Below are positions 1-13,255 of a DNA stretch of 64,000 nucleotides, piece by piece. How positions within the stretch are numbered: position 1 is the stretch's first letter; each line of letters begins with the position of its first letter. The notes below the pieces were generated by a model. It saw only the letters and a list, made by a program, of their open reading frames with translations. It had not been told where the DNA came from and did no database searches. The translations under genes were made by a program, and so were the position numbers. The stretch is from the human T2T-CHM13v2.0 reference genome, Homo sapiens: the NCBI RefSeq assembly GCF_009914755.1, contig NC_060938.1; one strand, given 5' to 3'.

Positions 1-529
1 ATGTACCCTCAAGATGTTCTTCCACGTTCTGGGTTATGAACGTTTCTTTTTGTTTAGTCAATAAAACCTACTGCAAAACTTGGTGACATCTGGGAAACTA
101 ACAAGGTCACAGTCCGTAAGAATGGCTAAGAATGGCTTGCTGGGCCATTTCAACAGTTTTCAAATGTAAATTTAAATAATTTGTTTTATTCTTAACCTGT
201 AAGATAGGACCACATTTTAATATTGTACCATATTCAACTTGTGTAGAGTGATAAAAAAGCATAGGTTTGAAGAGAAGGCAATTTCTTATTTTATTAGGAA
301 AGTATCTTCAATCCTGCCTCTTCTAGATTAACTATAGGAATAAAAAAAGCTGTAGTTTGTAGAAACCATGTGAGTTTTAGAAAGGACATGTTTAGGAAGA
401 TGGGCTCAGTTCATTTCCTGACAGAGGACTTGTTCAGAACGAATATAACACCTGGAATAAACTGATTTCCTAATCCAAATGTCCTTTGGAGTGATATATT
501 AGAAAGAAAACAAACAAATAAAAAACTGT

Positions 530-750
530 AGATTTAAGTCCTTGTTCTATTACTTCCTAGCTGTGTACTTGGGAGGAAGTTACCTTATTTCTCTGATTCT
601 GTGTTTTCTTAACCATAAAATGGGTTGTTGCTTCCCCTCCCGCCTCTTTCCAAAGCATGCTGGCTGTAAAAACGGGCTGTTTTGAGGACCAGATAAAATA
701 ATAGTCATGAGAGAGCCTTGCACAACACCAGGCCTCGTAATAAGCAATCA
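530..750 (+). mobile_element. MIR SINE
   Basis: ctagctgtgtacttggg...ttaccttatttctctg...taaaatggg core and 3' segment. Confidence 0.65.
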
Positions 751-1844
751 GAACAACCAATACAGCCCTGACAAATGGGGTTTATTCCACTGCCCCAGAG
801 AGGGAGAAGGGAACAGAGGAGTTGAGGATGGCTGCTCTCCAGCACTCGTGTCTAGGGAAAAAGAGGTCTGAGTGGTAGCTGCAGGGACTAAAATAGATAA
901 GAGTGTCACCCATGACAAAATTCGTCACATTGATTGCCGGGCCAATACCAAACACAATTCAGACTTAGTCAAAGATTTTGTTGTACAAAAGAACTAGAGA
1001 AACAAACATAACCCTAAAACAAACAATCAAAATATCCTATTGCACAAAAGTATTTATTAAGCTCTTGCCACTCTGACCACGGGATTAAAGTAGCTCAGCA
1101 GCGAGAACACTCTTCTATCTTGGTGGCTGTGGGATCACATGAGGGACAGAAAAGAACAACAAAGTTTGCCAAAAGACAGTTGGGATCCATCTTCACCCAA
1201 GTACACACTGTAATGACACCCTAGTTGCAGAAGTTAGATGAGTTGTGAGAATCAACGTGTTGCTGTTTGGGCAGGAACCAAATGCTACTGACCCTTCCCT
1301 AGCAGAAAATACACTTCCGATGGTGTTTCTTTAGTAGGCATGTGTCTCCCCAGCCAATCCTCTGCCAGGCTTGGAGTGCAAGTCCGTGTGCAGTGCTGGG
1401 TACAGGTGGTAAGATGCAGTAGGTTGTCCCTCTGGTGACACTCGCTGAGGCCAATAAGAGATAAAAGGAGGTAGGGCAACACTCAAAAGAGCAAAAAAGA
1501 GCTATAGTACAGCCACCGACCAAACCGAAGGATGTCCACAAGACCTGGGCCAGCCCTGCAGGTACAGGCAGAGGAGAACAGCTCAGGATGGCAGAAGTCC
1601 CTGGCTCCATGGCCCAGAATCCAAACAAAGCAGTGAATGGCCCCACTGGCCTCTTACCCTTGAAGCTCTGCAGTGAGAGACAGGGTACAACACCACTGAT
1701 CAATGGACTTCAGAAAAAGGTAAGGCCCTCAATGCCATGAATTCACTAGTCCAAAACCAAAGGGTCATGGAAACCAATGCTCTTCCAATATGGTATCTCC
1801 ATAGGAAACCAGGGAGGAAGGTATATCCCACCATGCTATCATGT

Positions 1845-1992
1845 GATTTGCTTATATGTCTGTGAACCCAAGAACACTGTAAATCCCTCTATGGAGGGAT
1901 AACACACACCCTTTTCATTTCTTTCATTTCTATATCCCAGGGATCTAACTCATTGGCAGGTACAGAGCACTCAGAAAACGTCTGCTGAATGG
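1845..1992 (+). mobile_element. L2 3' end fragment
   Basis: cactgtaaatccc...ctatatcccagg...gcactcagaaaacgtctgctgaatg resembles the L2 tail. Confidence 0.55.
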
Positions 1993-2074
1993 ACAATCCC
2001 TCTTACTTCACTCTGTTTCTTTTCCCACATTCTCATCACCTCCACCATCCTCTGCTGAGCATCTGCTCTGATGA

Positions 2075-2281
2075 AAGCCAGGCTGTGTGAAATGGAATTC
2101 CAGCTAAAGCACTCGTGTGCCCCTGGGCAAGTCACTTCATCTCTGTGGGGATCATTTTCTCCCAATGGGTTATTGCTATTATCTCCCTGCTAGGGTGTAT
2201 GGGATTAAGTATACATAAAGGGCTTAGACTTGTGCCTAGCACTAAGTAGGCACATCTAAGTGCTAGCTACTATTATTATTT
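2075..2281 (+). mobile_element. MIR SINE
   Basis: ctgggcaagtcacttcatctctgtg core; ends gtgcctagcactaagtagg...gctactattattatt. Confidence 0.75.
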
Positions 2282-2289
2282 TGACAACT

Positions 2290-2452
2290 TGCTTTTTATT
2301 TATCATATTTATTGTTTCTTGTCTATCTCACGCAGAGTTCCACAAGGGCAAAGATTTGTGTCTGTTTCCTTCACTGATGAATCCCAAGTATCAAGAACTG
2401 CACTACGCACACGACAGGCGCCACACACTCTTTATTAAATAAATAGATAAAC
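2290..2452 (+). mobile_element. L2 3' end fragment
   Basis: agttccacaagggcaaagatttgtgtctgtt...ttcactgatgaatcccaag. Confidence 0.65.
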
Positions 2453-5399
2453 AAACATTCTTGGATAGTAGAGGTCACATCTGCTTTAAATTCTGTAACC
2501 CTCCTTACAGTGTTCAGCCTTGTTTCTCAATGGAGATGAAGGTTTTCATTTTTCTGTTGAAAAAATAGCTTTCATTTATAAAGTACTTCTTCTATTTTCT
2601 CATTTGAGCCTCGCAGCAACCCTGTGATAAATCCCCCATGGCGTCTACTGGAGTAGCACATAGCCACTAGCTCTGCGGGAACATCAGGACTTGAGGTTGA
2701 TGATAATGATAACATCCCACCCATCTCACCTGTGACAGGCCATTTATTACTTGATGAGGAGAAGCATGCCTGCCTAATTTTTTTGCATTGACTTACCTGG
2801 GGTGATTTTGTTGTTGTTCTACTGAACATAAAAGATGATGTGTTTTTATTTTCCTTATCCCAAACTGCTCTTTTAAAATATACTCTTTTCTTTCTAATGA
2901 AAAAAAAAAGTATCTGTTCGCCAAGGAAAACTTCAGCAAAAGCAGTAAGAGTATAAAGAAAATCAAAATTACCCATATCCCATATAATGTTAGAACTTGC
3001 TTTGTAGGAAATACTTGCAACAAACAATTCCTGTTTGGCCAAGAGAGACACTAGCTGGCCTGTTGGCCACACAGCATTCTGGGAGTCAAGAGCCGGCCCA
3101 GCCTCAGGAGAGGAGAGGGCTGCCAGGAGCTAACAAGCCAGGTGATCCAAGAGGGAGGGTGGCTGAGACTGAAAAAGAATGCAGGGGTCTCGGTCCACTA
3201 TGGAGGGAAGGGCAGAGTAGGGATATGATCTGATTTGCCAGGCAGTATGACAGAGGAGTGTGGTTCTGTTGCCTGGACTTCTGTTACAGCGGGATGTGGG
3301 CACCAGCAGCTATTCAGAAGGTCTCAGCCAGGGCCCTAAGGGACAGACACAGAACCTTCGCATCTGGAGAAAAAGGAGGGGACGCAATGGTACAGCCGCT
3401 CCATGCAATACTGTGCTCCAAATCGGACCTGCCTACCTTGCGGTGCCTCTATGCTGGGGCACAAGGCAGACATGCCCATGGTTCAATCCTTCCAAGACCA
3501 AGCAGATGGAAGCAGGTGGTGGCGGGGAACACACGGGTAATTAATCTCTAGGTCTGCTCAAAGCGATTGGCTGGGAGCATGGCAGGGCAGCAAATTATGG
3601 CCACTGAGATGACATTTGCAAGAGCTGGGAGAGGCCCCAATGGTGCCAGCAGCCACTGCTTCAGGGACAGGTAAGCTCAGTGTTGCGGGAAGGCGTGGAG
3701 CTAAGCCCCAAGAATACTATCTGCCTTCAGGGTGTCACGTTTCCTAACCGAAACTGGGCCAAGACTGGAAAAAGCCACAGGAGCTGCCTCATGGCGGATG
3801 TAGAACTCACTGATTTATTGGACTTTTCCACATCTAGGCCTGCCCCAAGATTCTGACCTGCTAGTAACCTGGGCAGAACCCAGAAGGTTCCTATAAGTCA
3901 GACTCCAAAGGCCAGTTCTTTCAAACTGCTCATCTGTAGGAGGATACATGTGTCTGAAACTTATTTAATATTCTACAAACACAAACTGTTCGCCTATACA
4001 TAGTTCATTCTGCAGATAGTGTTACTGATGACCAATAGACCCCGAGTGCTTTAATCAATGAAATTACTGCCTCGGCTATTACAGGAGACTATGAACTGTT
4101 GCAATCTTCTATCCACATTTCAATCGATGTAAACCAGGGCAAGAAAAAACAGGACCCTTAATTATATAACCGGGAAGGATTATATAACAAAGGTCCTGAT
4201 GCAGCTTTAACTGTCTCCGTGCCTACGCGGGCTGAAAGAGCACACGTTTTCAGAGGGAACATGAGCAGCCCAGAGTTGTGCAAACCATTTTTCAATATTG
4301 GTTTAACTAATCCCACTTACTCACCATCGACAAGTCCTCTGCTCTTCTAACCTTGTTTTTCCACAGCCCTGGATGGAGCAACCCCATTTCAGGGTGATAG
4401 TTTGTTAAAGTGACAGCGCGCCAGCCTTACGAGACATAATTCGAGGAAAGCTGGCGAGAGCGTCAATTTCTCTGAGAGGCTGGTCTCAGCTATCCAGCAC
4501 GGCAATGATAATTTCATAATGCTGCTAAAGCCACTTCTGCCATTTCAAAATGGCAGGACACTGATCACTTGTGACAGGAAGCATTTGCACTGAGAGATAC
4601 TTGAAAGCCACACAGCATTTCTTTGTTGGAGGAACCCAAGAAACAGTCATAGTAACAACAAAAAATAACCACCTCCCCTCCTTCCTTTCAGCCTGTGCTG
4701 CCGAGCAAAATGATCCCTCTCCATGTGTCCTTTATGTCTTACTGATAGAAATTACATTCGAGGGCATCCGACACAAAGGACACTTGTGCAAGCAATGTAC
4801 CTTGTATGTGACATTTCTTCTGAACCCTTAGGAGAGATATTGATTTAAAGCTACCAAGATGCTGTATATGCAATGCTGCGACCATCATGAACCTACCCGG
4901 CATCCCACTCTTGTGATTTAAAGCAAGCCTGGAAAGCTGAAATCTAACTGAAATAACATTAGTTGCTCTACTTCACCCTGCAGGAGGAGGACAGGAAAGT
5001 CAGAAAAAGGCAAAAAGTGGTAACTTGGTGGTGTCTGAGGTCACATAATGGCTGCTGATTTTGTAAATTCTATACTCTGTAATACCTAGGTGTGATGAGT
5101 CCATGAATGAAGAAGCTAGGAGCTGGAATTTCCCATCCACTGGGTAGAAAATTATTTTTCAGTGACACATAGTAAAACTAAGTATCTATGAATTTTTAAA
5201 TCATATAAACTTGATCATTCTTTCAAATCCCTTTCCTGAAGGTCAACAGTTCCCTTTTTTTCTTTTTCTTTTTTATGATCTGTCATCCCCCTCCACTCCC
5301 AGTAAACACAGTCTAATGGTTTAACTTAAAATTCTGTGCCCAAGAAAATTTTCAGAAGTGAGAACCACAGAATCTGGAGTCTCTAGAAATCTCAGTGAT

Positions 5400-5545
5400 C
5401 TGGATGTGAGATTCAAGTTCCAAGTTCAAGTTCTGATTCTGCTACTAGCAGAGTGACCTCGGGTAGGTCCCAAGATACTCCCTGGGATAGTTTATCATCT
5501 GTCAAGAGGAGGAGTTGGAGTAAATGAACTCAAGGCCTTTGGCCT
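5400..5545 (+). mobile_element. MIR SINE fragment
   Basis: ttcaagttctgattctgctactagcagagtgacctcggg...tcatctgt. Confidence 0.55.
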
Positions 5546-5874
5546 AAACCCCATGACGCCAGTCTAGGTCCCTATTTTCTAAAGGGAACCATGTCACAAT
5601 TGGCTGTACAGGTAGTCCCTGAAGGAATCAGAAAGAGCCTGTGCCTGTTCACTCCATCCTCCCCTCACCAGGTCACTCTGTCCCTCGTGTAGATCCCAGA
5701 GACGTCAACCTACATACAGGATAGAAAGCCACAGTGCCCCTCGGATCATCAGATTCTCCCCAAAGACCACTTAATAGCCATTGGTTGACTTCAACAGGCA
5801 CATCTAAACTGCTCTGAAAGACTAAGGAGAACCCAACGAAATTCCTCTAGTACAGGGGTATTTCGTGTACTACG

Positions 5875-6097
5875 TGTATTAGTTCTAGGGCCACTGCAAC
5901 AAAGTGCCACAAACTGAGTTCTTCAAAACAACAGAACTTTAATGACCATAGTTCTGGAGGCTAGAAGTCCAAAATCAAGGCATTGGCAGGGCCACCATGC
6001 TTGCTTGGAAGCCTGCAGAGGAGACTCCTTCCCTGCCTCCTCTTAAGCCTTGGCGTTCCAAGGCTTGTGGCTGCATCGCTCTACTCTCTGCCTCTGC
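5875..6097 (-). mobile_element. MLT1 (B/C-like) MaLR LTR, 3' part only
   Basis: Begins tgtattagtt (reverse of the LTR end); agttctggaggctagaagtccaaaatcaagg. Confidence 0.8.
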
Positions 6098-6404
6098 TGT
6101 TGTACGGTTTGAATCTGAGTCTCCACCCAAATCTCATGTTGAATTGAAACCCCAGTGTTGGAGGCGGGGCCTGGTGGGAGGTGACTGGATTAATTAGGGG
6201 GGCAGATCCCTCATGAATGGTTGAACACCATCCCCTTGGTGCTGTCCTTGTGACAGTAAGTGAATTCTCATGATATCTGGTTGTTTAAAAGTATGTGGCA
6301 TCCTCTCTCTCTCTCTCTCTCTCTCTGCCCCCCTCCCTCCCCCACTCCCCTGCTTTTGCCATGCAACACATATACTCCTGCTTCACCTTCCACCATGAGT
6401 AAAG
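6098..6404 (+). mobile_element. MST (MSTB-like) MaLR LTR, 3'-truncated, with internal (CT)n
   Basis: cccaaatctcatgttgaattg...ttggaggcggggcctggtgggaggtga...ccttccaccatgagtaaag. Confidence 0.8.
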
Positions 6405-7214
6405 GAGAAGATCTTTATTTTTCAAGGGTTGGACAGGTGTGAGCTGGTAAGGAAAGTGGAGTTCTCTCCCCAGTCGAGCCCTACACACCCCTGCATTGTG
6501 CTTACCCTGAACATGCTTATGTTTTCCTGTCTTGGCCCACCTAGCCCTCGTTGCCAGCAGGGCTGCCCCATCCCCAGCTGTTGAAGTCTTACTCACTCTA
6601 TGAGTGCCCGCTCAAATTTGCCCTTCTTGCAACCTCCCTAATTCCCGCAGCAAGAAATGAAGTCACCTGCCTCTGACCTTTCCTGGCTTTTGTCTGCTCC
6701 CTGATGATACTCGTAACTTTATGCCTTGAACTATGGTCACTTCTGCCCACTCTCTGGCAACTGCCCCCTGAGAGCGTGGGCTATTTCTTATTTAATCCTT
6801 ATGCCCATAGGAGGTGACTGTAAGTATGTGCTAAAGTAAACCTGCAGGAAGAGAAGAACAGAATGGAGAGTAATGCCTGATGTTTTGAAAACATCACCAT
6901 GGAGAGGGCCCTTTGGAACCAGGGGCTGTTAGAACCTTGTGGCTTACTGATTCCCTCACTGTCTCTTTGTGACCTCCTTCCCCATGCCATGTTGCTTTGA
7001 AATCAAAAGAAAGCCCAGAAGATAAGCTAACCACACAAAGTAAAGTATAGGAGTGTGCCTGTGTGAGGGGCTTCTGCCAACCCCAATCAGCACCAGCGGC
7101 TCTTGGAAACCATCAGCCGTTGTGACCCTGGAGGTTTCCAAAAAAGAGGATGACACCTGAACGCCCAGCAGGTCTTTGGAACTGTGAAATGCTTCATCTG
7201 TGGGGTCCTGGCAA

Positions 7215-7650
7215 TCATGGCAGTAAGCATGTCTTCTCCAAAGGATGTCCACATCCTGATCTCCAGCACATGTGACTATGTTAGATTTCATGGCACAGGG
7301 GAATTAAGGTTGCAGCTCGAATTAAGATAGGGACATTATCCTGGATTAGATAGTCCAGGTGGGCCCAGTGTAATCACAAAGGTCCTCACAAGTGAAAGAG
7401 GGAGGTCAGAGTGATTTCATGTGAGAAGAACCTGACCCGCTGTGGTTGTCTGTGAAGATGGAGGATGGGGCCACAAGTCGAGGAATGCAGGCAGCCTCTA
7501 GAAGCTGCAATAGGAAAGAAAGCGGCTTCTCTCCTATTTTAGCCCCCCAAGACTGATTTTGGAGTTCTGATCTCCAGAACTGTAAGATTATAAATTTGTG
7601 TTGTTTGAAGCCACTAGGTTTGGGGTGATTTGTTATAGCAGCAGATGGAG
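7215..7650 (+). mobile_element. MLT1D-like MaLR LTR
   Basis: gatgtccacatcctgat...ggtgggcccagtgtaatcacaaaggtcct...ctccagaactgtaagattataaatttgtgttg. Confidence 0.8.
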
Positions 7651-7760
7651 AAACTGAAGCCCAGGCAGGTTAAGGAGTGTTTGGCCTGAGGTCACACAAC
7701 TAAGGAGTGGCAGAGCTGGCGCTCATGGCTGGGTCTATGGCTCCAAGTCAAGCAAGCTTT
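7645..7760 (-). mobile_element. MIR fragment
   Basis: gaaactgaagcccag...aggtcacacaact...gtggcagagctgg. Confidence 0.6.
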
Positions 7761-7919
7761 GCTCTATGAAAAATACATTCCTTTCTTGGATGTAGTCACT
7801 AGGCCCCTGGCTCTCAGCTAAGGAGAAGCACATCTCCCTAGAGGCCCAACCTATCAAAAGTCTGGTCAGGGTCACAAGAGCGACTGGAAGCCAGAAGGAG
7901 CCTTTGAGAGTAGCATGCA

Positions 7920-8292
<373 letters not shown>

Positions 8293-8819
8293 CTATGGGA
8301 GCTAACAGTAAGCCAGAAGGGGGTTTCTGCTCATTTGTTCCCAATTTGCACATGCTGATTAGAAGCTGAGCCTTTCATTGTCCTGATAGGGAGGCCTAAT
8401 GCCCTCTCCCCAAAGATTAAAAATGCTCTAGCTGTGGGGACACTTAAAGCCTCTAGTTTTCTGGCCTGGAGGCCTCAGTTCCAAGCCTTTAAGAAGTTCT
8501 ACCCTTTGATGAATTCCATCTTCTGCCCACCAAGCATTGCATCCTGATGCCAGGAGCTGACCTGGAGAAATTCCAGCCACATGTACCCCACCACTTATCA
8601 GCTCTTTTAGCCCAGAAAGAGATTCTCACTGGTCTTCTAAGAACCTCTCTCTTCCATCAGTCACCACCATCTGTCTACATACAACAGAAGACAAATTCCC
8701 CCTGGACCTAAGTTTCAGGCCCCCCTCTGACACATGATCATTTGGCAAACAACCAAAATCAGCAACTGAGAGCATGTGGCAGGGCAATACTGAATATATA
8801 CAAAGCTGTCATCATTTCA

Positions 8820-9352
8820 GGGAAAAAAAAACAAATATCCAACTAGAAAGTGAGCAAAAGACATAAATAGACATTTTGCAGAAGAAGATTTGCAGATGGC
8901 AAATATGCACATGGAGATACCCCTTCAACATTATTATCCATTTGGGAAATTCATATTAAAACCACAATGAGATATCATTAAATACCTTCAGAATGGCTAT
9001 GAAAAAATAGTGACAACACCAAATGCTGGCAAGGATGCAGAGAAATGGGATCACTCACCCACGGCTCATGAGAATGTAAAATGGTACAGATACTCTGGAA
9101 AATAGTTTAGCGGTTTGTTAAAAAACTAAACATGCAATCAACTTATGAACTAGTGATTGTATTCCGAAGCATTTATCATCGTAAATGATAGAAATGTTCT
9201 GTATCTTGACTATATCAATGTCAATAAGCTGGTTGTGATATTGCACTACTGTTTTGCAAGATGTTACCGCTGGGAGAAACTGCATAATGGGTACACAGGC
9301 TCTGCCTGTATCATTTCTTACATGTGAATCTAGGATCATCTCAAAGCAAAGG
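8820..9352 (+). mobile_element. L1MC-type LINE fragment (ORF2 end joined to 3' end; internal deletion near 9180)
   Basis: aaaaccacaatgagata...caaatgctggcaaggatgcagag...atgtaaaatggtacag; then gttttgcaagatgttacc, typical of an L1MC 3' end. Confidence 0.8.
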
Positions 9353-9544
9353 CTTAACCGGAAAACAAAAACTGACCACCCCTCCCCCTAATTTTTCTTC
9401 TCACATTGAGAAGTACAGTAAAGTACTAGAAAGGATTAATAAAGTAGTACCTCAGCCATGCTTGATCTTTACTCTGCTGCATAATTCTTTGTAGCACTCA
9501 TAGCTGTATGATACTACATTGCATTATATTATATGACATCACAT

Positions 9545-9668
9545 CTATCTATCTGTCCACGCTGTGTCTTGTTTCTCCCATAGAGCTGTGTGCTGTACGA
9601 TGGCAGAGATGTCTTAGTTCACACTCTAGCACATTATGGGCACCAAAAAAAGTTGTTGGATGAATATG
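9545..9668 (+). mobile_element. L2 3' end fragment
   Basis: gatggcagagatgtcttagttcac...gttgttggatgaat. Confidence 0.5.
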
Positions 9669-11434
9669 GGGAAGTCAGTAATGTTGCTCCAGCCTTTTAA
9701 GTCAGTGTATTTCCAACTACCTAAGTTCTCTTAAATCCGATCTCCTCTAAGGAGTTGCTCTTCAGCACCCTCTACCTTTAAAGGAGGAAACTTTAGTCTT
9801 TAGTCTTTTCCAAATTCCCATCCTTGTATACTCACAGCACCAGAACGAAGCCCAACACTGGGAATCCCCGCAGGTGAGTTGTGGTCTAGGTTGCTGGAAC
9901 CTCCCCTTGAGGCACTGCGGCTTCAGGCAACATCAATGGTAACTGTGTTTACCCGGTCCCTACAGCACAAACATGCCTCCCAATCCCACTCTGTTTCTTG
10001 ACTGGATCAAACTGATGTACCGCAATTTAATTTGCACACAGATACCAGGGACATCTGGAACGAATCTGATCTTCAAATTATGTTTTCCAAGTCTGTTTCA
10101 GCTGCCATTATCACGGAGGAGGACTTAAATGTAAAATAAGAACTTCACTTGCCACTGGCTTCTAACTTCTTACCATATTCCTCACAATTACAGTGCTGGT
10201 AATGGAGGAGTGTTCGGCAGCCTACGGGACACACACTCAATGCCACTAGCCACACAGTGGCTTAAGGGGTCACTTGGGAAGTCCCTACAGTTACATAGAG
10301 AACTGCAGAATATTTTATTTTTTATCTAGTTCATTTAGAGGTATGTCCTAAGCAACTAGTACATATTGGATACTCAAAAAATGGTTGTGAGTTTAACGAA
10401 TTAGCCAAAATACTGGGTGCCTTTCAGTTAGTGTATAGTGGGATTTTTGAGCTTAAAACCTCATAATGAATATCAATAACAATGCATTTACTCAACTACA
10501 TCAAGAGTGTGAGTGAAATGTATCCATTTCTAAATGGTTTTGGGGTAGATTATAAACTACAATTCTTGCTATTGGAAGAATTCTAGCTTACCACCCTTGC
10601 CGCCACGGAAATGACAAACAGACAACATAATTGCAGACTGCCAGTAATTAACATTCACCCAGCTATAGCACACATGAACATTTAAAATGAACAATTATAT
10701 ACTAAAAAAGAGACTGCGAATGATCAACCAGGGGGAAAAGGCAGAAATCTATGAATGAGATAGTGTTAAACAGTTAGATGTAATTCACTCCGCCCCCCTC
10801 TTCCCTCAGAGCTTTTTCAGCAAGGAGCAGAGAGTGTTTCCTGTCAAGCCAGCGGAACCACAAGAGCTGAATTGGTATCTCCAAGCAGGCAATTTTCCTA
10901 GTTGTAAATAACCAGCAGTTTTGTGGGAATCAATTAGGAGGTTCCCATCTCTTCTTTGGAAGTCTTATTTCAGCCATCCATCTTCCTTTGTTAATTTCGT
11001 AAGCGGGGTTTAAGAGATCCAGAGAGAAAGATCTATTTTCTGTCCCTCAGATTTCTTGGAGGGGGGAGGAGCGGTTTTTACATCTTTCCCATTTAGAATT
11101 CAAGTAGAGTACTTTCAAGTCACTCTCCCTTTTCAAGGCCAGGAAACTGCATGGGATTTATGTACTATGTCTAGCAACAGAGGTGCAAGGCCTGAAAGAA
11201 AATTATAGAGTCACAAGGCAAATGAAATAGACATAGGTGCAAAGAAGCTTTTATTGCAAAGATGCAGATGGCCTGCACACCAAATTGCATCCTTTGGAGC
11301 GGGTTCCTGAAGTCAAAGTCCAATATAACATGGTTGCCGCATTAACCAATTGTTCAGTCTTAGCCCATGCCTCTACTGTCAATCGTTTTATTTATGGTAA
11401 TGATAATAACAGTCATATCAATGATACTAATATT

Positions 11435-11630
11435 AGAAGCTACCAATTATTGAAAACCAATCATGTGCTAGCTACTTTAAATATATGGTTCTTCTATTGC
11501 TCACAACCACCTTGCAACACCAGTCTTATGATCCTATTTTCTAAATGAGGAGACTGAGACCCAGAGAAGGTCACATGACCCATGAATTCTGGAGCCAAGA
11601 GGGTCTGCACCCAAGTTTATGTCTGGAAGA
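11435..11630 (-). mobile_element. MIR SINE
   Basis: ctcacaaccacctt...cctattttctaaatgaggagactgagacccagaga. Confidence 0.7.
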
Positions 11631-11939
11631 CCAGTGGTTGTAAAGACAATCTTGTCCCACAAGGCCATGCTCTCCCTCTTGTTCATCCAGCAGTGACTGG
11701 TCAAAGCTCCACTCTGTGTGGAGCAGACACATCCCTTTACTAAGTATCAAAAAGATAAGTACAGAATGAGCCTTGCTGAAAACTTGCCATGGCCACACCT
11801 CAAAAACATGGAGAAGGGCCTTTTACTGGGTACCCAGACTTCTCGATGGACACACGATGGGTCTCAGCAAACCTCCAATCAGATCACTTTCCCCAGAACT
11901 GACCAGCACTTGGATCATTATCTCTTTGGAAAATATGAT

Positions 11940-12480
11940 GTAACAAGAAAAAGCAATTCAATAGGAAAAAAAAAAAATGAGCATGGGGCATGAACAGAAA
12001 CTACACAGAAAAAGAAATACAAATGGACTTCCTTTCCAGTTAAGGAAATAAATAACAACAGAATATCACTTTTAACCAATAGTGAAGACATGTGTGCAAA
12101 GATACATGCAGGAGTATTCACTGCAACACTGTTTGTATAATGCCCACTACCAGTGGTGGCTTGAATACATCTGGTACAACCATACAGTGAAATACTCTGA
12201 CATCAATAACAAGGATGAATAAATCTGTATGCACTGATACAGAGAAAGCTACATGATAAAAAAAAGTCAGGATAATGCACATGGCCTGTGCCCATCTGTG
12301 TAAACATCCACACACATCCAGGGCTGTGTAAAGGCATCAGCTGTCAAATGATACAGAGGAAACTGGTCATCGTGGTTACCTCCGGGGAGGAGGTTAGGAA
12401 GCTGTACTTCCTTGACAAGAGAATGCCGTACTTTTCACTATATATCTTTTGGTATAATGTTTTTTATTACTATTTTTTTA
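11940..12480 (+). mobile_element. L1ME-type LINE fragments
   Basis: catgaacagaaac...aaagaaatacaaatgg; tattcactgcaacactgtttgtata; gtggttacctccgggg. Confidence 0.7.
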
Positions 12481-13134
12481 AACAACATACTAAAAAGAAA
12501 AGGAGAAAGGGCCTGAGTGGAGCAGTAACCTGCCTGGGGTCCCACGAATGGCCCAGGGGTAGGGCCGGGCCTGGCTCCCAGGACTCCCAGCCCAGGGTTC
12601 TTTCCACTGCAGCAGCATGTGTATAGACAGTTTGATTTTATTCCCTCTACGCCTCACTCAATACTTGCCACCCACAATAATCACTCTTGGAAAAACTGCA
12701 CCCACTTCCCAGTGATTTTATTAGTTAGCAGTGACTCTGACAAGCCTCCATTTTCCAATTAGCGCTACCCCCCATATCACTGACACTGGCATCCTCTGAG
12801 TGACATGTAGTGGCTGAGCCAGACACTCCCTACCCAAAGTGACACAACGGCATTGCTCTTCGATGGCCTATGGCTCCAAGTGCAACCCAAACGTTTAGAC
12901 CGATTTTAGATTTCTGTATAGATAGCTCATGCCAAGCTTAAGTTCACACGAATGTTCACAAATATTACTTGGCCTGTAAATTATTCCCAGCAAATTTTCC
13001 ATTTCAGGCCAACTTCTACTCAGCCACTTCCCTATTAACTATCTACTGCTCTCTGTGCATGCTCATGAGGTGGCCACCGTGAGCTTGTGAAAATTCAACC
13101 CAAAGCCACCATGGTGGCTGAATGAGACAGACAC

Positions 13135-13255
13135 ACGTGGGTTCTGCATTTTGGGCTCAGCCAGCATCAGTGACCCAGCTTCCTCCTTTCTGGCTGTGTG
13201 ACATCAGGTGATACACTTACCTTCCAATCTCAGTTTCCTCCTATGTAAAGCGGAG
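13135..13255 (+). mobile_element. MIR fragment
   Basis: ggctgtgtgacatcagg...cttacc...ctcagtttcctcctatgtaaa. Confidence 0.6.

Noticed and set aside
13104-13119. Perfect 16-bp palindrome agccaccatggtggct with a Kozak ATG on both strands
   Set aside because: About one 8+8 palindrome is expected by chance in 64 kb, and the ORFs are only MVAE* and MVALG*.
13208-13225. Strong minus-strand donor AAG|gtaagtg
   Set aside because: It lies in the MIR core, and I could not define a convincing upstream acceptor.
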